Shown here piece by piece: positions 52,335 through 64,000 of a DNA stretch of 64,000 nt. Position 1 is the stretch's first letter. Every line of letters starts with the position of its first letter. The notes beneath the pieces were generated by a model, which saw only the letters and a program-made list of their open reading frames with translations, did no database searches and was not told the DNA's origin. This stretch comes from Octopus vulgaris (Eukaryota). The stretch spans positions 68,572,001-68,636,000 of the forward strand of contig OX597814.1 of NCBI GenBank assembly GCA_951406725.2, in the 5' to 3' direction. A program made the translations under genes and the position numbers.

Positions 52335-53400
52335 CTTGTAGATGCGCTCCTCACCCGGAATTCAGCTTATGAGCTGGTCGTTGACAGCACTGACATCTAC
52401 GTTTTGGGGGGCCAGGATGGTTCTTTCACTGAGCCAATTGATTTCGGCATAATTACTTTCCAGATTGGAGAACACTGTTTCCAAAAGATCGGAAGGGTTG
52501 TCCACGGTGTTGCACAGTTCAGAGATGGATATGTCGCCCCTAACATTCCTCGGGACTTTGCCTTTCCAAGGGCTAAAATGTCTTTTGCAAATACTGTAGA
52601 CGTGCTATCACCAAGCAAGTGCGCATGCATGCTTGTGCTTAGGCTTAAGGTCTTAACATGGAACCACAACATGGATGACTTAAGGCATGTGCGCACTTCA
52701 TCAGCTCGGCTCCCTTTGGGGATAACAGGATGGGTTTGCCGGAAATCCCCTGAAAGCAATAGACTTACACCACCCATAGAAGCTATAGAATCCCTGATAC
52801 CTTTAAGTGACCGGTCCAGTGCCCCGAGGGCGCCATTATTGGTCATTGTGCATTCGTCCCATACAATGAGACGGCACTGTCTAAGAACTTCAGCTTCCTC
52901 TGAATTTTTGCCAATGTTGCAAGTAGGAACCTCGGCCCTCACCAATTGCAAAGGCAGCTTGAATGCCGAGTGCGCCGTCCTACCTCCCGGCAATAGCATA
53001 GCAGCGATTCCCGAGGAAGCAACGGCTAGTGCAATTTATTTCTCGCGACGTGTTACAAAGGATTTCCCGTTACCTCTAGCAGCAAAGAAGAAAAAATGCC
53101 GCCCACCTGTTTGCAACGGCACTGACGACAGTTTCGTACACCAGACTCTGATGAGGGAGCAATTTCGGTTCATTTACTCTCAGGTACTCTGCAAGGCCAT
53201 CAGCGTCATATGACAACTCCAAAAGTAACTTTGGTGTGAATGTGTTAACGTACTGCCGCAATGAGGATGGCAAACCGAATGTCTTCAACGCTTCCCCACC
53301 CATTTTGAGCAGGGCATCCTCGATTTCAATCAGCGCATTATTGTACATCAGGTCATTGTATCCAATGTCAGCATTAGGGCACTGTAGCTTTGCCAGTCAT
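52335..53400 (-). pseudogene. Second, different Helitron helicase fragment
   Basis: GGRTAHSAFKLPL, WDECTM, SGDFRQTHPVI, WLSERTILAPQN. Confidence 0.88.
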
Positions 53401-53488
53401 CATTTGCCTTGACCACCGAGAAAGCAAAATTACGTACAGAGAATTTCATAAACAGTAATGAATGGAAAAAAGGTTTTAGATTAAATCT

Positions 53489-53925
53489 TTAGATTAACAC
53501 TTGCACGATTTTCACTAAGAAAAAAAATCGGATTTTTTGCATGAAATCAACTACCCTGGCCTCCTAATATGCTACAAAACCCTTTTCGTGGTTCGAAAAA
53601 CGGGGTGTGGTGCGGTGTGGTGGAAGACTCGGAAATTTCACCCCCTCATACCCATTGATCTTTTCACCATCTATTTTTCAATGTACGTCAAAAAATACGG
53701 AGATTAAGAATATGGAATATATTTGTTTTAATCTCAAATTTACCATGAAAAACCATAGGCAAATTTTTAGATAACACTCGCACGCTTTTCACTAAGAAAA
53801 AAAATCGGATTTTTTGCGTGGAATCAACTACCCCCCTGGCCTCCTAATATGCTACAACACCCTTTTTGTGGTCCGAGAAACGGGATGGGGTGGGGTGGGG
53901 TGGAGTCTCGGAAATTTTACCCATT
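53489..53925 (+). repeat. Direct repeat, two copies of about 155 bp (53489-53645 and 53767-53925)
   Basis: Direct comparison; such internal repeats are typical of Helitrons. Confidence 0.85.
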
Positions 53926-54160
53926 TATATTGTGTAATTCACTGACAAATTGTTACCTACCTCTTTGATTCTATGTTGTTAAATAAATGGATTCTCAACA
54001 AAACACTTTTTTATTCGGCGTGAAATAAAAACAAAACTCTTTCGCATCCAAAGTAATGTGTGTGTGTGTGTATGAGAGAGAGGAGGAGAAAGATGAACGA
54101 TTTAAAATAAATAAATGATTTAAGATAAATATATTTTAATTGTTGTGTAAAAATGTATAT

Positions 54161-54562
54161 AGGCGCAGGAGTGGCTGTGTGGTAAGTAGCTTGCTAACAA
54201 ACCACATGGTTCCGGGTTCAGTCCCACTGCGTAGCATCTTGGGCAAGTGTCTTCTGCTATAGCTCCGGGCCGACCAATGCCTTGTGAGTGGATTTGGTAG
54301 ACGGAAACTGAAAGAAGCCTGTCGTATATATGTATATATATATGTGTGTGTATGTGTGTCTGTGTTTGTCCCCCTAGCATTGCTTGACAACCGATGTTGG
54401 TATGCTTACGTCCCCGTCACTTAGCGGTTCGGCAAAAAAAAACGATAGAATAAGTACTGGGCTTACAAAGAATAAGTCCCGGGGTCGATTTGCTCGACTA
54501 AAGGCGGTGCTCCAGCATTGCCGCAGTCAAATGACTGAAACAAGTAAAAGAGTAAAAGAGTA
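54161..54562 (+). mobile_element. Full-length tRNA-derived SINE (major family)
   Basis: GGCGCAGGAGTGGCTGTGTGGTAAG ... GGTTCAGTCCC ... CAGTCAAATGACTGAAACAAGTAAAAGAGTAAAAGAGT. Confidence 0.92.
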
Positions 54563-55120
54563 ATAATCTGATAAAATATAGTGTCTTTCAAAAACATCCT
54601 TAATTTGAACACTATATCTCGTGTTTAAGAAAAAAAAAACAGTTTACATTTTTATTTTTGGTGAATGCTGTCACTTTCTCTCTCTCTCTCTCACACACAC
54701 ATACACACATACGTCAACACACAACTCCTCTCTCTCCCTCACACACACATATACATCAACACAAATTCTCTCTCTCCCTCACACACACACATTGTCACTT
54801 GCAAGAAGGGGACTTAACTCATGTTAGGAAACTTCAAAATTGTATAAGTCAAGGTTGAAAATCGATTTTCACCGCTACCCGCGGGTGCGTCGGGGAAAAT
54901 AAGTTGACGAAAATACAGCTAGGGTCGTGACGAATGTCCTAAAATTGGAGTGACATGCGTGCTAATTTGTGGATGTGCATAAACTACATTCACGTACACA
55001 CACACATCCTGTCTTTTATATATACAGATATATATAATATCTTATTTGCTAGCATGTCGGTGAAACATGACAGAATTAAGTCAGACATAGATTTAAAAAA
55101 CAGTTTTTTTTAGAAAATTA

Positions 55121-55499
55121 CTAGCAGTATCGCACCGGCGTTGCTCGGGTTTGTAAGGGAAATAACTATACAGCATTTTTAGAGAGTTATAGCAAAAAAT
55201 GCATTAAAAATGGAAAAAATATGATGGTAATTTTTTTTTTAATCGTTGACTCATCGTAGACATTTTTAGAGTTACTTCCCTTTAAAAAATATGCATGAAA
55301 ATGGAAAAAAATGATGGTAAATTATTTTTTAAATCGTAGACTCATCGTAGACGCGCGCTATTACCCAGAAGGGCTCAATATGAATCACGACTATAAGATA
55401 CCCGGTTTTGGTTAAACTGCACCGCAAAATGTGGGAGTAGTTAGGAATCTAAATCGAAGGGGACAGACACTCACACAACTACAGTTTTATATATATAGA
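55121..55499 (-). mobile_element. Non-autonomous Helitron, copy 1
   Basis: Minus strand A|TCTATATATATAAAA ... CCCGAGCAACGCCGG hairpin ... CTAG|T. Confidence 0.88.
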
Positions 55500-55501
55500 T
55501 A

Positions 55502-56000
55502 CTAGCAGTATCGCCCGGCGTTGCTCGGGTTTGTAAGGGAAATAACTATATAAGCATTTTTAGTGAGTTATAGCAAAAAAATAGCAAAAAATGCATTAAA
55601 AATGGAATAAAAAATGATGGTAATTTTTTTTTTAAATCGTTGACTCATCGTAGACATTTTTAGATAGTTACTTCCCTTATATAACAGCGAAAAATGCATT
55701 AAAATGGAATAAAAAATTATGGTAATTTTTTTTTAATCGTTGACTCATCGTAGACATTCTTAGAGAGTTACTTCTCTTATATAATAGCGAAAAATGCATT
55801 AAAATGGAATAAAAAATTATGGTAAATTTTTTTTTAAATCGTAGACTCATTGTAGACGCGCGCTAATACCCAGAAGGGCTCGATATGAATCACGACTATA
55901 AGATACCGCGTTTTGGTTAAACTGCACCGCAAAATGTGGGAGTAGTTAGGAATCTAAATCGTAGGAGACAGACACACGACCTTACTTTTATATATAAAGA
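55502..56000 (-). mobile_element. Non-autonomous Helitron, copy 2 (three internal repeats of about 120 bp)
   Basis: A|TCTTTATATATAAAAG ... CCCGAGCAACGCCGGG ... CTAG|T. Confidence 0.88.
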
Positions 56001-56516
56001 TTTGTGCAACAACTAAAACATTCGGTTGTGCAAATTGTTTGCACAGGAAACCTGCGTTGTGTGGCGGTAATTGCCGTTTTTGTGGATCTGTTTCAGTTTT
56101 TTTAGCGATTTCTGTTTTGGCGACTTCAAGCCATGAAGTCGTTGTTCTAAAAGAACGCTGGTCTCCTTGACAACGCATTACGACGTTGATTTCCTTACAC
56201 TCCCTTCCCCACAGCTTCACGAGGGAGGGAAGAAGGGGGAGAAGCAACACAGGTGCAGGCGTGAGCGTGGACGCCAACTCCGCTGCCATCGACACACGAA
56301 AAAATATGCATTAAAATGGAATAAAAAATTATGTTAAATTATTTTTAAAATCGTAGACTCATCGTAGACGCGCGCTAATACCCAGACGGGCTCGATATGA
56401 ATCACGACTATAAGATACCCGAATTTGGTTAAACTGTACCGCAAAATGTGGGAGTAGTTAGGAATCTAAATCGAAGGGGACAGAAACTCACACAACTACA
56501 GTTTTATATATATAGA
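56001..56516 (-). mobile_element. Non-autonomous Helitron, copy 3 (5' part; 3' end not seen)
   Basis: 56298-56516 matches the 5' ends of copies 1 and 2, with TC at 56516. Confidence 0.75.
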
Positions 56517-56719
56517 TATATTCTTAAGACACAGAGCTACTCACTGTCGATCGTTGTATTGGTATACGCTCAACTAATGAGACAGGTGTTCGGACTGACG
56601 GTGATATGGTAAACTAAGTATGTTTTGCTTATTAAAATATTCCTTTTCTAATGCATAAAATTACATTGCAAAGTCTATGAGATATGCATTGTTGAAGTTT
56701 TGTAGTACACTTATTCCAA

Positions 56720-57075
56720 GAACGCTTACTTTAATTTTATGTATCTTCCATGAAAAGTGGATGTATTTTCCCTTTCAAAGGGACTCTGTCCCGTGTTATA
56801 AACCCCATTAGGAGGGTTAAATAATATTGTGAGATGCGACATTTTAGAAATCGTCTTTATTTAGTACCTGGTAGATATATTATTTTCATTAAAATCGGAG
56901 GTATTTGAAATTTCACAGGGGGTGTTTGCCGCACTTTAAGTCCCCCAATCGCAATGGAAAGTAAATTTGATGTAGCTCATCGTCTTTCTCGTAAAATTTT
57001 ACATGCAAACACATACTTTCGTTTTATAGATGTACAGACACACAGACACACAAACGTTGAGCTTTATTATATAGA
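56720..57075 (-). mobile_element. 5' end of another Helitron-like element
   Basis: A|TCTATATAATAAAGCTC...GTGTGTCTGTGTGTCTG start; left boundary uncertain. Confidence 0.5.
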
Positions 57076-57121
57076 TTTGCATTAAATTCTTTGTACACAT
57101 ACTATGCTCTTTCCTATTAAT

Positions 57122-57265
57122 TCTAGTATTTATTTTATCAACTGAGAAAACCACAAAAAGCAAAAATCAATCTCGGAGGAATTTGAACTCCGGACGTAAG
57201 GCCAGAAGAATTGCTGCTAAGCATTTTACTCGGTACGGTAACGATTCTATCAGCTCACAGCCTTC
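57122..57265 (-). mobile_element. Decayed tRNA-derived SINE (third family)
   Basis: Minus strand AAGGCTGTGAGCTGATAGAATCGTTA ... GAGTTCAAATTCC (B box). Confidence 0.65.
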
Positions 57266-57324
57266 TGTTTGCTATCAAGAGGTACTGTTTATATTTTTTA
57301 AAATGATAATAAATTAAATAAAGA

Positions 57325-57497
57325 CGAGGCTGTATGGTAAGAAGCTTGCTTCCCAACCACACGGTTCCGGGATCAGTCCCACTGATTCAGCTTATGAGCG
57401 TGAAACCTGAGGCAAGTGTCTTCTACTATAACCTCGGGTCGGCCAAAGCCTTGAGTGGATTTGGCAGACGGAAACTGAAAGAAGCCTGTCGTGTGTG

Positions 57498-57583
<86 letters not shown>

Positions 57584-57775
57584 TGTGTGTGTGTATGTGA
57601 GTGTGTGTGTGTGTGTCTATTTTTGTCCCCCGCCACCTTCGCTTGACTGCTGATGTTGGTGTGTTTACGCCCCCGTAAATAGAGACCAATAGAATAAGTA
57701 CTAGGCTTACAAAGAATAAGCCCTGGGGTCGATTGGCAGCAGTCAAATGACTGAAACCAGTAAAAAATAAAAGAA
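57325..57775 (+). mobile_element. tRNA-derived SINE (major family, diverged) with internal (GT)n
   Basis: Similarity to 54161. Confidence 0.85.
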
Positions 57776-59345
57776 TACATAGAGAGAAAGAAAAAAAATT
57801 AGAAAGAAAAAGGTAATAATTTGAATCCGAAAGAGACAAAGTTAGTCACTGGCCCATATGTTAATAACAATATTTTCCCTGTCACGGAAAGAAACTAACG
57901 CACATACTTCATACACTGAACTGACGCGTTTTAAGTTGAATAAACAAGCAAGGCGAATCAAAAGGAAAGAAGTAGAAAAGAAAGAATATTCATCTATCTT
58001 TAAAACACAACACCAACTGATGTTCAGCAGATACTATTGACTTGTCATTGGTCGGGTTGCAAATGTGTGTCGAAACTTTTCGTTACGTTACAAGAGAAGC
58101 ACCATTAAAAAATAACAGGAAAAGGATGTAGTAATGTTCGTGTGTTCTTAAAATAATTGTGTGATTTTAAATAGGGTTTCATTTAAGATTTTATACTGAA
58201 GCTGTAGAAGATTCGGGAGTAGGGTGGTAGAAGAAGCATCAATATTAACAGTATTTACTGCATTAATGTAAATATAATTACGTTTTCTACGATGTGTTGA
58301 AAATAGGACATGATATCTTTGCACTGTGTATTATACACATTATTCTACGAAATATACATGGGTGTTTAGAACATTTTATTCTATTAAACAAAGTCGTAGA
58401 ATATTATTTATAAAGTTATAAATCTGTGAAAGCTATTTGGTGACTGATTCCAATATATCAAATAAATTATACAAATCAAATGTGAATGGTTTCTTCTTTT
58501 AGTAACTCGGATTTATTTTCAAATAAATGAATCCACTGACTGGAATTTCAGATGGCTTCGCGCACACATTAATCTTTGTGACCGCGATAACATCAAAATA
58601 ATACAACTCGATGGATATAAAGCTTGAATAAATGAATACTATTGTTTGCCAAGGTCAGGATATCTCGATGAACTCTCCGTATTGGATATGAAACGTGATT
58701 CATTACTAGCTGGAAAAGACAATTAATAATCTGTGATGGATACCGTGTCAGTTAGGTTAACATAGTAACCGTTTCTACAAGATTACAAACATATCACAAA
58801 AACTTGGCAGGCATCAATGGCATTTACGTGTTAAATAAAGGGTGTTAATTTTAGTTTGGTGGACAAGCTGAAAAAGAAAAAGAGAAAAAAAATAGAAAAA
58901 TAAGTCAACTAGATGTTCTGAGAGCGAATCTTGCTTTGAGAAAGATCTGAAATGACATTTCGATCTTATCGCACTAAAATTCTTTTTAATTGTTTAAAGC
59001 ACGAGTCGCAAGATATTCAAAAAGCAACTCGTTCATTTATTCTCGAAAATGTGATGTTATTAATGTCTTACACAAGTAAGTGCTACTTGTTCATATAAGA
59101 GAAATCATATCTTCAACGGTTTTTTTTTTAGAATATATTTCTCAAGCTTTCTTATTAGCTAGCACATATTTAGATCACATGATGGCCCTTGAAGCCACAG
59201 ATTGATTTATACGTTGTAATGCATTTAAAAGAATACTATTCAGTAGATTATCTTTCTGAACTAGGACGTTGTAGAAAGGAAGGCAGTTATTAACTCCAGG
59301 CAGGGAGGTATATAGCTTAATTAATATCACAATTACAAACTTTCT

Positions 59346-59411
59346 GAGAAGAAGAAGAAGAAGAAGAAGAAGAAGAAGAAGAAGAAGAAGAAGAAGAAGA
59401 AGAAGAAGAAG
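59346..59411 (+). repeat. (GAA)n microsatellite
   Basis: Direct reading. Confidence 0.97.
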
Positions 59412-59419
59412 ATTTTCAA

Positions 59420-60945
59420 CGCTAAACGCGAAGATTCTGCTGTCAGAGCCTAGCCTCTCGACAGGCCTGAATGGCATAGGCGCAACGTGGCGACAAATCT
59501 ACCATTCGGTCTTTATTTGATCAAAATGGGCGCACAGTACTCGAGCCCGAGAAGATGTGTGCGGCAATTCATCAGCACTACGACCGATTGTTTGGGACGA
59601 AAGGCAGCCCAAAATGCAGGATATGCTTCAGTATCTACCACGACTCTCGGCATGGCTATGAGAGGTGGAGTGTTGCGAAATGCCGATAACAGCCGGGGAA
59701 ATACGGGATACGATAATGGGTTTCACGAGGCCGGGGAATCACCTTGTCTGCATGGTTTGAGCTTTACATTTTTATGCCAAACTTGTTTGGTGGCATTATA
59801 GCAGATATAGAAAATTTTAGGCTCATAACGCTGCTGAATGCAGATTTCAAAATTTTGGTCAAGTTGTTAGCTAAAAAGTTGGCACTTGTCGAAGAACTGA
59901 TTGGTGATGCGCAAACATGCGCAATCCCAAGCAGATCCATCCACAACCTCCACCTCATGCGATATATTATAGACAGGGTGGATAAAGAAGTTGGCATGGG
60001 TGGGATCCTAATCAATTTGGGTTAGTCTAAAGCTATCCATAGGGTCAACCATCAATACTTGGCAGCGGTTCTGAAAGTGGCGCGTTTCGGTCCCATTTTC
60101 CATGGGTTGATCGTTGCAATGTACAGAGACATCTGCTAAGTAGTTCGGGTGAATGGTTACCTATGGGAAACATTCAGCATAATATGCTCGGTACGTCAAG
60201 GGTGGACTCTCTCGTCTCTTCTCTATGTACTGACTCTAGAGTCACTATTGAGGAAATTGGAGGTGCTGGGAGGCATCAGAGAACTAGGGCGTCAGAGAAC
60301 CGTGTAGGCATACGTAGACTACGTCAGCGTCACAGTGTCGAACACCAGGCGTATAGACCTGGTTGGTATTGCTCTAAAAGAATGCGAGGCGATGGTGGGA
60401 GCAAAAATTAACTAAGAAAAGTTTGTAAGCCTCCAGTGTAGCCCCTTGAGAAGCAGGTCCATGCCGTCGAACAACATCTCAGAATGCTGGACAAAGGAAC
60501 CGGTTAAATTACTCGGAGTAAAGTTTGGTCAGGATCTCCAGGTGAAGAACTGAGACGAGGTGATAGGTAGGATGGCTAATCTCGCCCAGAAATGGTCTGA
60601 GAGAAAGCTACTCCTGAAAGGTAGGGTAGAGTTAGCGAATGTCTACATCGCTTCTTGATACGCCTGACCATCGTGCCTTGCCCCAGTTTATGTTTGACCA
60701 GCCTGGAGCGCGTACCCTTCCGCTTCTCGCGGAGGGTTGGGCATTCCTTGACTGCTGAGGCGTAGGCATGTGCTGAGGTTGCAACATCTCCAATGCTTAC
60801 TAGGCAGTGAGCAGGTGTGGTCCCCCCTTTGTCAGACAGAATTTTTCCAGAGCTCGACTCTTTGTTTCTTTTTCTAAGCTGCAGTCCTGGATCAAGCGTA
60901 GACTAATGCAGTGGTCTGGCACCTAGAGTGTCGTCAGTCCTCTGT
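59420..60945 (+). mobile_element. Decayed Tx1/L1-like ORF2 (RT) fragment
   Basis: NFRLITLLNADFKILVK, AQTCAIP.RSI, SVRQG, YVDY, LKGRVELAN. Related to the 25370-30000 element. Confidence 0.85.
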
Positions 60946-60949
60946 CCTC

Positions 60950-61872
60950 GTTTCTCCGTTTCTTTTAGAGAAACATTGTTACCTGTTGGTATTGATACAT
61001 GGATTAGAAAGCAATTTTTTCTCTGACAACTATATCCGGTCTATTAGCCTTGATTTCTCGCTATATATCATTGGCATATCCCAGAGTATGGTTACTTTCA
61101 TATGTGTGTGACCTTTACTGAGGTGTGTCTACACCATCTTTTTTCTGTTGTCATTTTATATTGTTGGTATAGCTTCCAGTATATATATGTCCCAACTTTG
61201 TCATATCTGTGAATATATTCTTTCTCAGCCAGGAGTGGGCAGCCAGAGACAATATGATTTATTGCTTCTTCTCTATCGCCACATATTCTGCAGTTACTTG
61301 TATTCCTTTTCATTATGTGGTTTTGGTGAGTTCAGGTGGGAAGGTTTTGATCATGTGCTGCAATTAAAAATACTTCAGTCTCTGCTTTGAGTCCTGAAAT
61401 TCTCAATCATTGTTGGTATTTTGCCTCGTCAATTTTATTTTCCCTTTAGCTTAACCCAATATTGGTCATGTAGGGGCCTTTCTTGCCATCGTTTTATCAT
61501 GATACGCTGTTATTACAATTTTTAGTTTGGATTTCAGTTGTTTTACAGCTTTTGTTATTTCCTCTTTCTCTCCATAGTTGTCAGGTACTATGGTTTCTTT
61601 TTTGTAGTTTTCAGCTTACTTAAAGACAAGAAACAGTTTTTCTTTGCTTGTGTTTTGTGGCTATTTGTATCAGATTCCCTTGCCTCTGAAGTAGGTATTT
61701 CTGTAGTCCTATGGTAGTTACTTTATAATAGTTTTCTCGCTGTATAAGGCTTCAATTCGTTGCATATATGTCAGATTTTAGGTAGTGCATCCTAAATTCT
61801 GTCATTATTTTTCTTGTTTTCCTATCTATTTTGATTAGTTTATTAGAGTCCAATTAAGAATATTGTAGCTGG
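60950..61872 (-). mobile_element. Decayed R4/RLE-type LINE C-terminal fragment
   Basis: CRICGDREEAINHIVSGCPLLAEKEYIHRYDKV (CCHC plus RH motif). Confidence 0.8.
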
Positions 61873-61899
61873 AGCATGCAACATCAACTATATAACGCA

Positions 61900-64000
61900 T
61901 GTGGTGCACCTTGTCCACAATCACTAGGTCCGGCGGTCTGTTATGCTCTAGCACCTGATCTGTTCGGATTGGGAAATCCCACAGGATTTTGCTTGTCTCT
62001 GACTCCGTCACTCTCTACAGTTTGTGCTCATGCCACATCTTGCCTCTCTCTAGCCCCCACTTTTCGCACAGTTTCCTATGTAGCACTTTCGCTACCTGGT
62101 AGTGTCGCCACAGCTTGTAGTGGTTTTAGGGAAGTCTAGTACATTCGTTCGTAATGTGAGCAGATGCGGCACAGCGAAGACACTTGCTCATTCTTAAGGT
62201 TGACACTCAAATTCGTGGCCAAAGCTCGGTCTTGCGCTGCTAGTATAGCGTTCTTAGTCTATTTTTTATAGGACTCCTTTGATCAGCCAATCCCACCTGC
62301 TTTTTCCAGCAACTTCTGTTGTGGATATATAGAATTGACTGTGTAGTCCCGTGTTGCATAATTCTTGTTCACGTCCTTTTTGTACTTCTTTTGTTATCCT
62401 TTTTTCTCTGATTTCAGTACTCGTTCCTAACTGTCACTAGCAAGGTTTCCTTACTTTGGGCTAAGTATCTCATTAAGCTTTCAAGTTCGATACGCACGCA
62501 GACATCCACACTTATCAATCCCCTTCCTCCATTTGCCCTCTTCATGTATAGGCGATTTACATGTGGATGACGGACTTAATGCATCGTCAAAAGCTTTCTT
62601 GACTTCCTGTCCATCGCCTTTAGCTCCTCGTCTGTCCACTTCAGGATTCCAGCGACATACTGAACTACTGCGACTTCGCGCGAGTTTATCACCGAAATTA
62701 TGTTTTGAGGCCAATATTTTTCTCACTCGCCGCAGGTACTCTCTTTTTGTCTTTTCCTTCGTGTCGTGATGCTTGATTCCATCTGCCTCAATTATTCCCA
62801 GATATTTATAGCTGGATTGAGGCTAAATTGCTTTCATCATTTCATCACATGGCAACCATATGCCTTCTGTCCTGGAAAGCTTTCCTCGTCTCATCACCAT
62901 CGTAACACATTTTGAGGGTCCAAACTTCATATTGATATCATTGGAGAAAATCCATACAGACTAGGCTGTTCAGTTCTTCCTCACTTTTTGTGAATAGCTT
63001 TAGGTCGTTCATGAGTAGCAAGCGGATCAGTTTTCCCTTACTTCTTCCCAGATCATACCCCAACTTTACTTTCTGTAGTATTTCACTCAAGAGGATCATT
63101 CCCAGCACGAATATCAGTGGGAATACATTGTCCCTCTGCAAGATTCCTTTCTTGATTTTCACCTCTCCTAGTACTTGCGTCACTGCTGTCAATTCCGTTC
63201 TCCAGCATTTCATGATATTCCATATGAGGATTCTCATATTCTCTGCTACTCCATACATTTCCATTGTTCTTATTATTCAGGAGTACAGTATCATATTGTA
63301 TGATTTGCGATAGTCAACCCATGCGATGTACAAGTTTGTATGCCTTCTCTTGCAGTTCCTGATAATTAGATTATCAATTAAGAGCTGATCCTTCGCTCTC
63401 CAGTTCCTTGTTATGCACCCTTTCTGTTCAATGGGTAGTAGCCCACTTTTTTCCAAGTATCTGTACAATTCACCGGCCAAACGCCTGACATTAGATTCCA
63501 TATTAGCGGAAGGCATGTTATTTGTCTGAGGTTGGGTGCAACATTTCCCTTTTCAGGATCCTTGGAACATAACAATGTCTTTCCCTTTGTCATCCAGCTG
63601 GATACTGCGCCTTACTGCAAGCACTCATCTAGCTGTTATGCTATCCTTTCATGGAGCCCTCTCAGCTTCTTCATCCAATAACCTTGGACACCAACCGGTC
63701 CATGGGAATTTTCTTAATTGCTTTTTTTATCATTACTGTAGCTATGTTAATGTCTTCTTTCTTAACCTATCTTGGATTTCATGCAGCCTCTCCGTTTCAT
63801 CAATATGTTCCACAGGCTGGTCCTAGATCCCTCTCAAGAATTCTTTACTTTCATTTGCATCTGGTATCATTGTTATATGTATTTGCCCATCTAGTTCTTG
63901 AAACAATTTCTTCTGAATTGCTTCAAACAATCTGTTTGGTCTGAACTGTCTTTTTTCTATTGTCATATCTTTCTAGTTTTGCTTTGATTATTACTATTCT
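61900..64000 (-). mobile_element. Decayed R4/Dong-type LINE (RT to RLE), continuing beyond the window
   Basis: NLRQITCLP, EQKGC, DQLLID, WVDYRKSY, GILQRD, MNDLKLF, YKYLGI, AAQD, LWDFPIRTDQVLEHNRP. Confidence 0.88.

Larger units (their letters stand above)
48272..55028 (-). mobile_element. Composite decayed Helitron region (putative outer termini)
   Basis: Minus-strand 5' end TCTGTATATATAAAAG at 55028. Degenerate 3' hairpin at 48284-48299 with CTTG in place of CTAG at 48272. RepHel remnants lie between. The pairing of these two termini is inferred. Confidence 0.55.

Noticed and set aside
52323-53213. 296-aa plus-strand ORF
   Set aside because: Antisense of the Helitron helicase fragment

Overview
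AT-rich, microsatellite-dense animal genomic DNA, most likely an octopod cephalopod (inferred from the tRNA-derived SINE families). I can support no host protein-coding gene, and most listed ORFs are microsatellite or antisense artefacts. The window is a mosaic of transposon remnants: CR1/L2-like, Tx1/L1-like, RTE (with C2H2 fingers), R4/RLE-type LINEs, a DD37D/maT-like mariner inside a 2.15-kb tandem duplication, a roughly 9-kb Helitron cluster, SINEs and many Penelope-like elements (PLEs). One PLE has a nearly intact RT plus GIY-YIG ORF. The main signal not visible in the ORF track is a set of type I hammerhead ribozyme (HHR) motifs. Two look complete (3140-3202 minus, 35620-35725 plus) and several are variant or decayed (U3-A8, C9, A10.1/A11.1). 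They sit in short PLE-derived elements that form tandem retrozyme-like monomers and fold-back palindromes, and one fold-back junction falls at the predicted self-cleavage site. All structures were read by eye and none was computed or tested.
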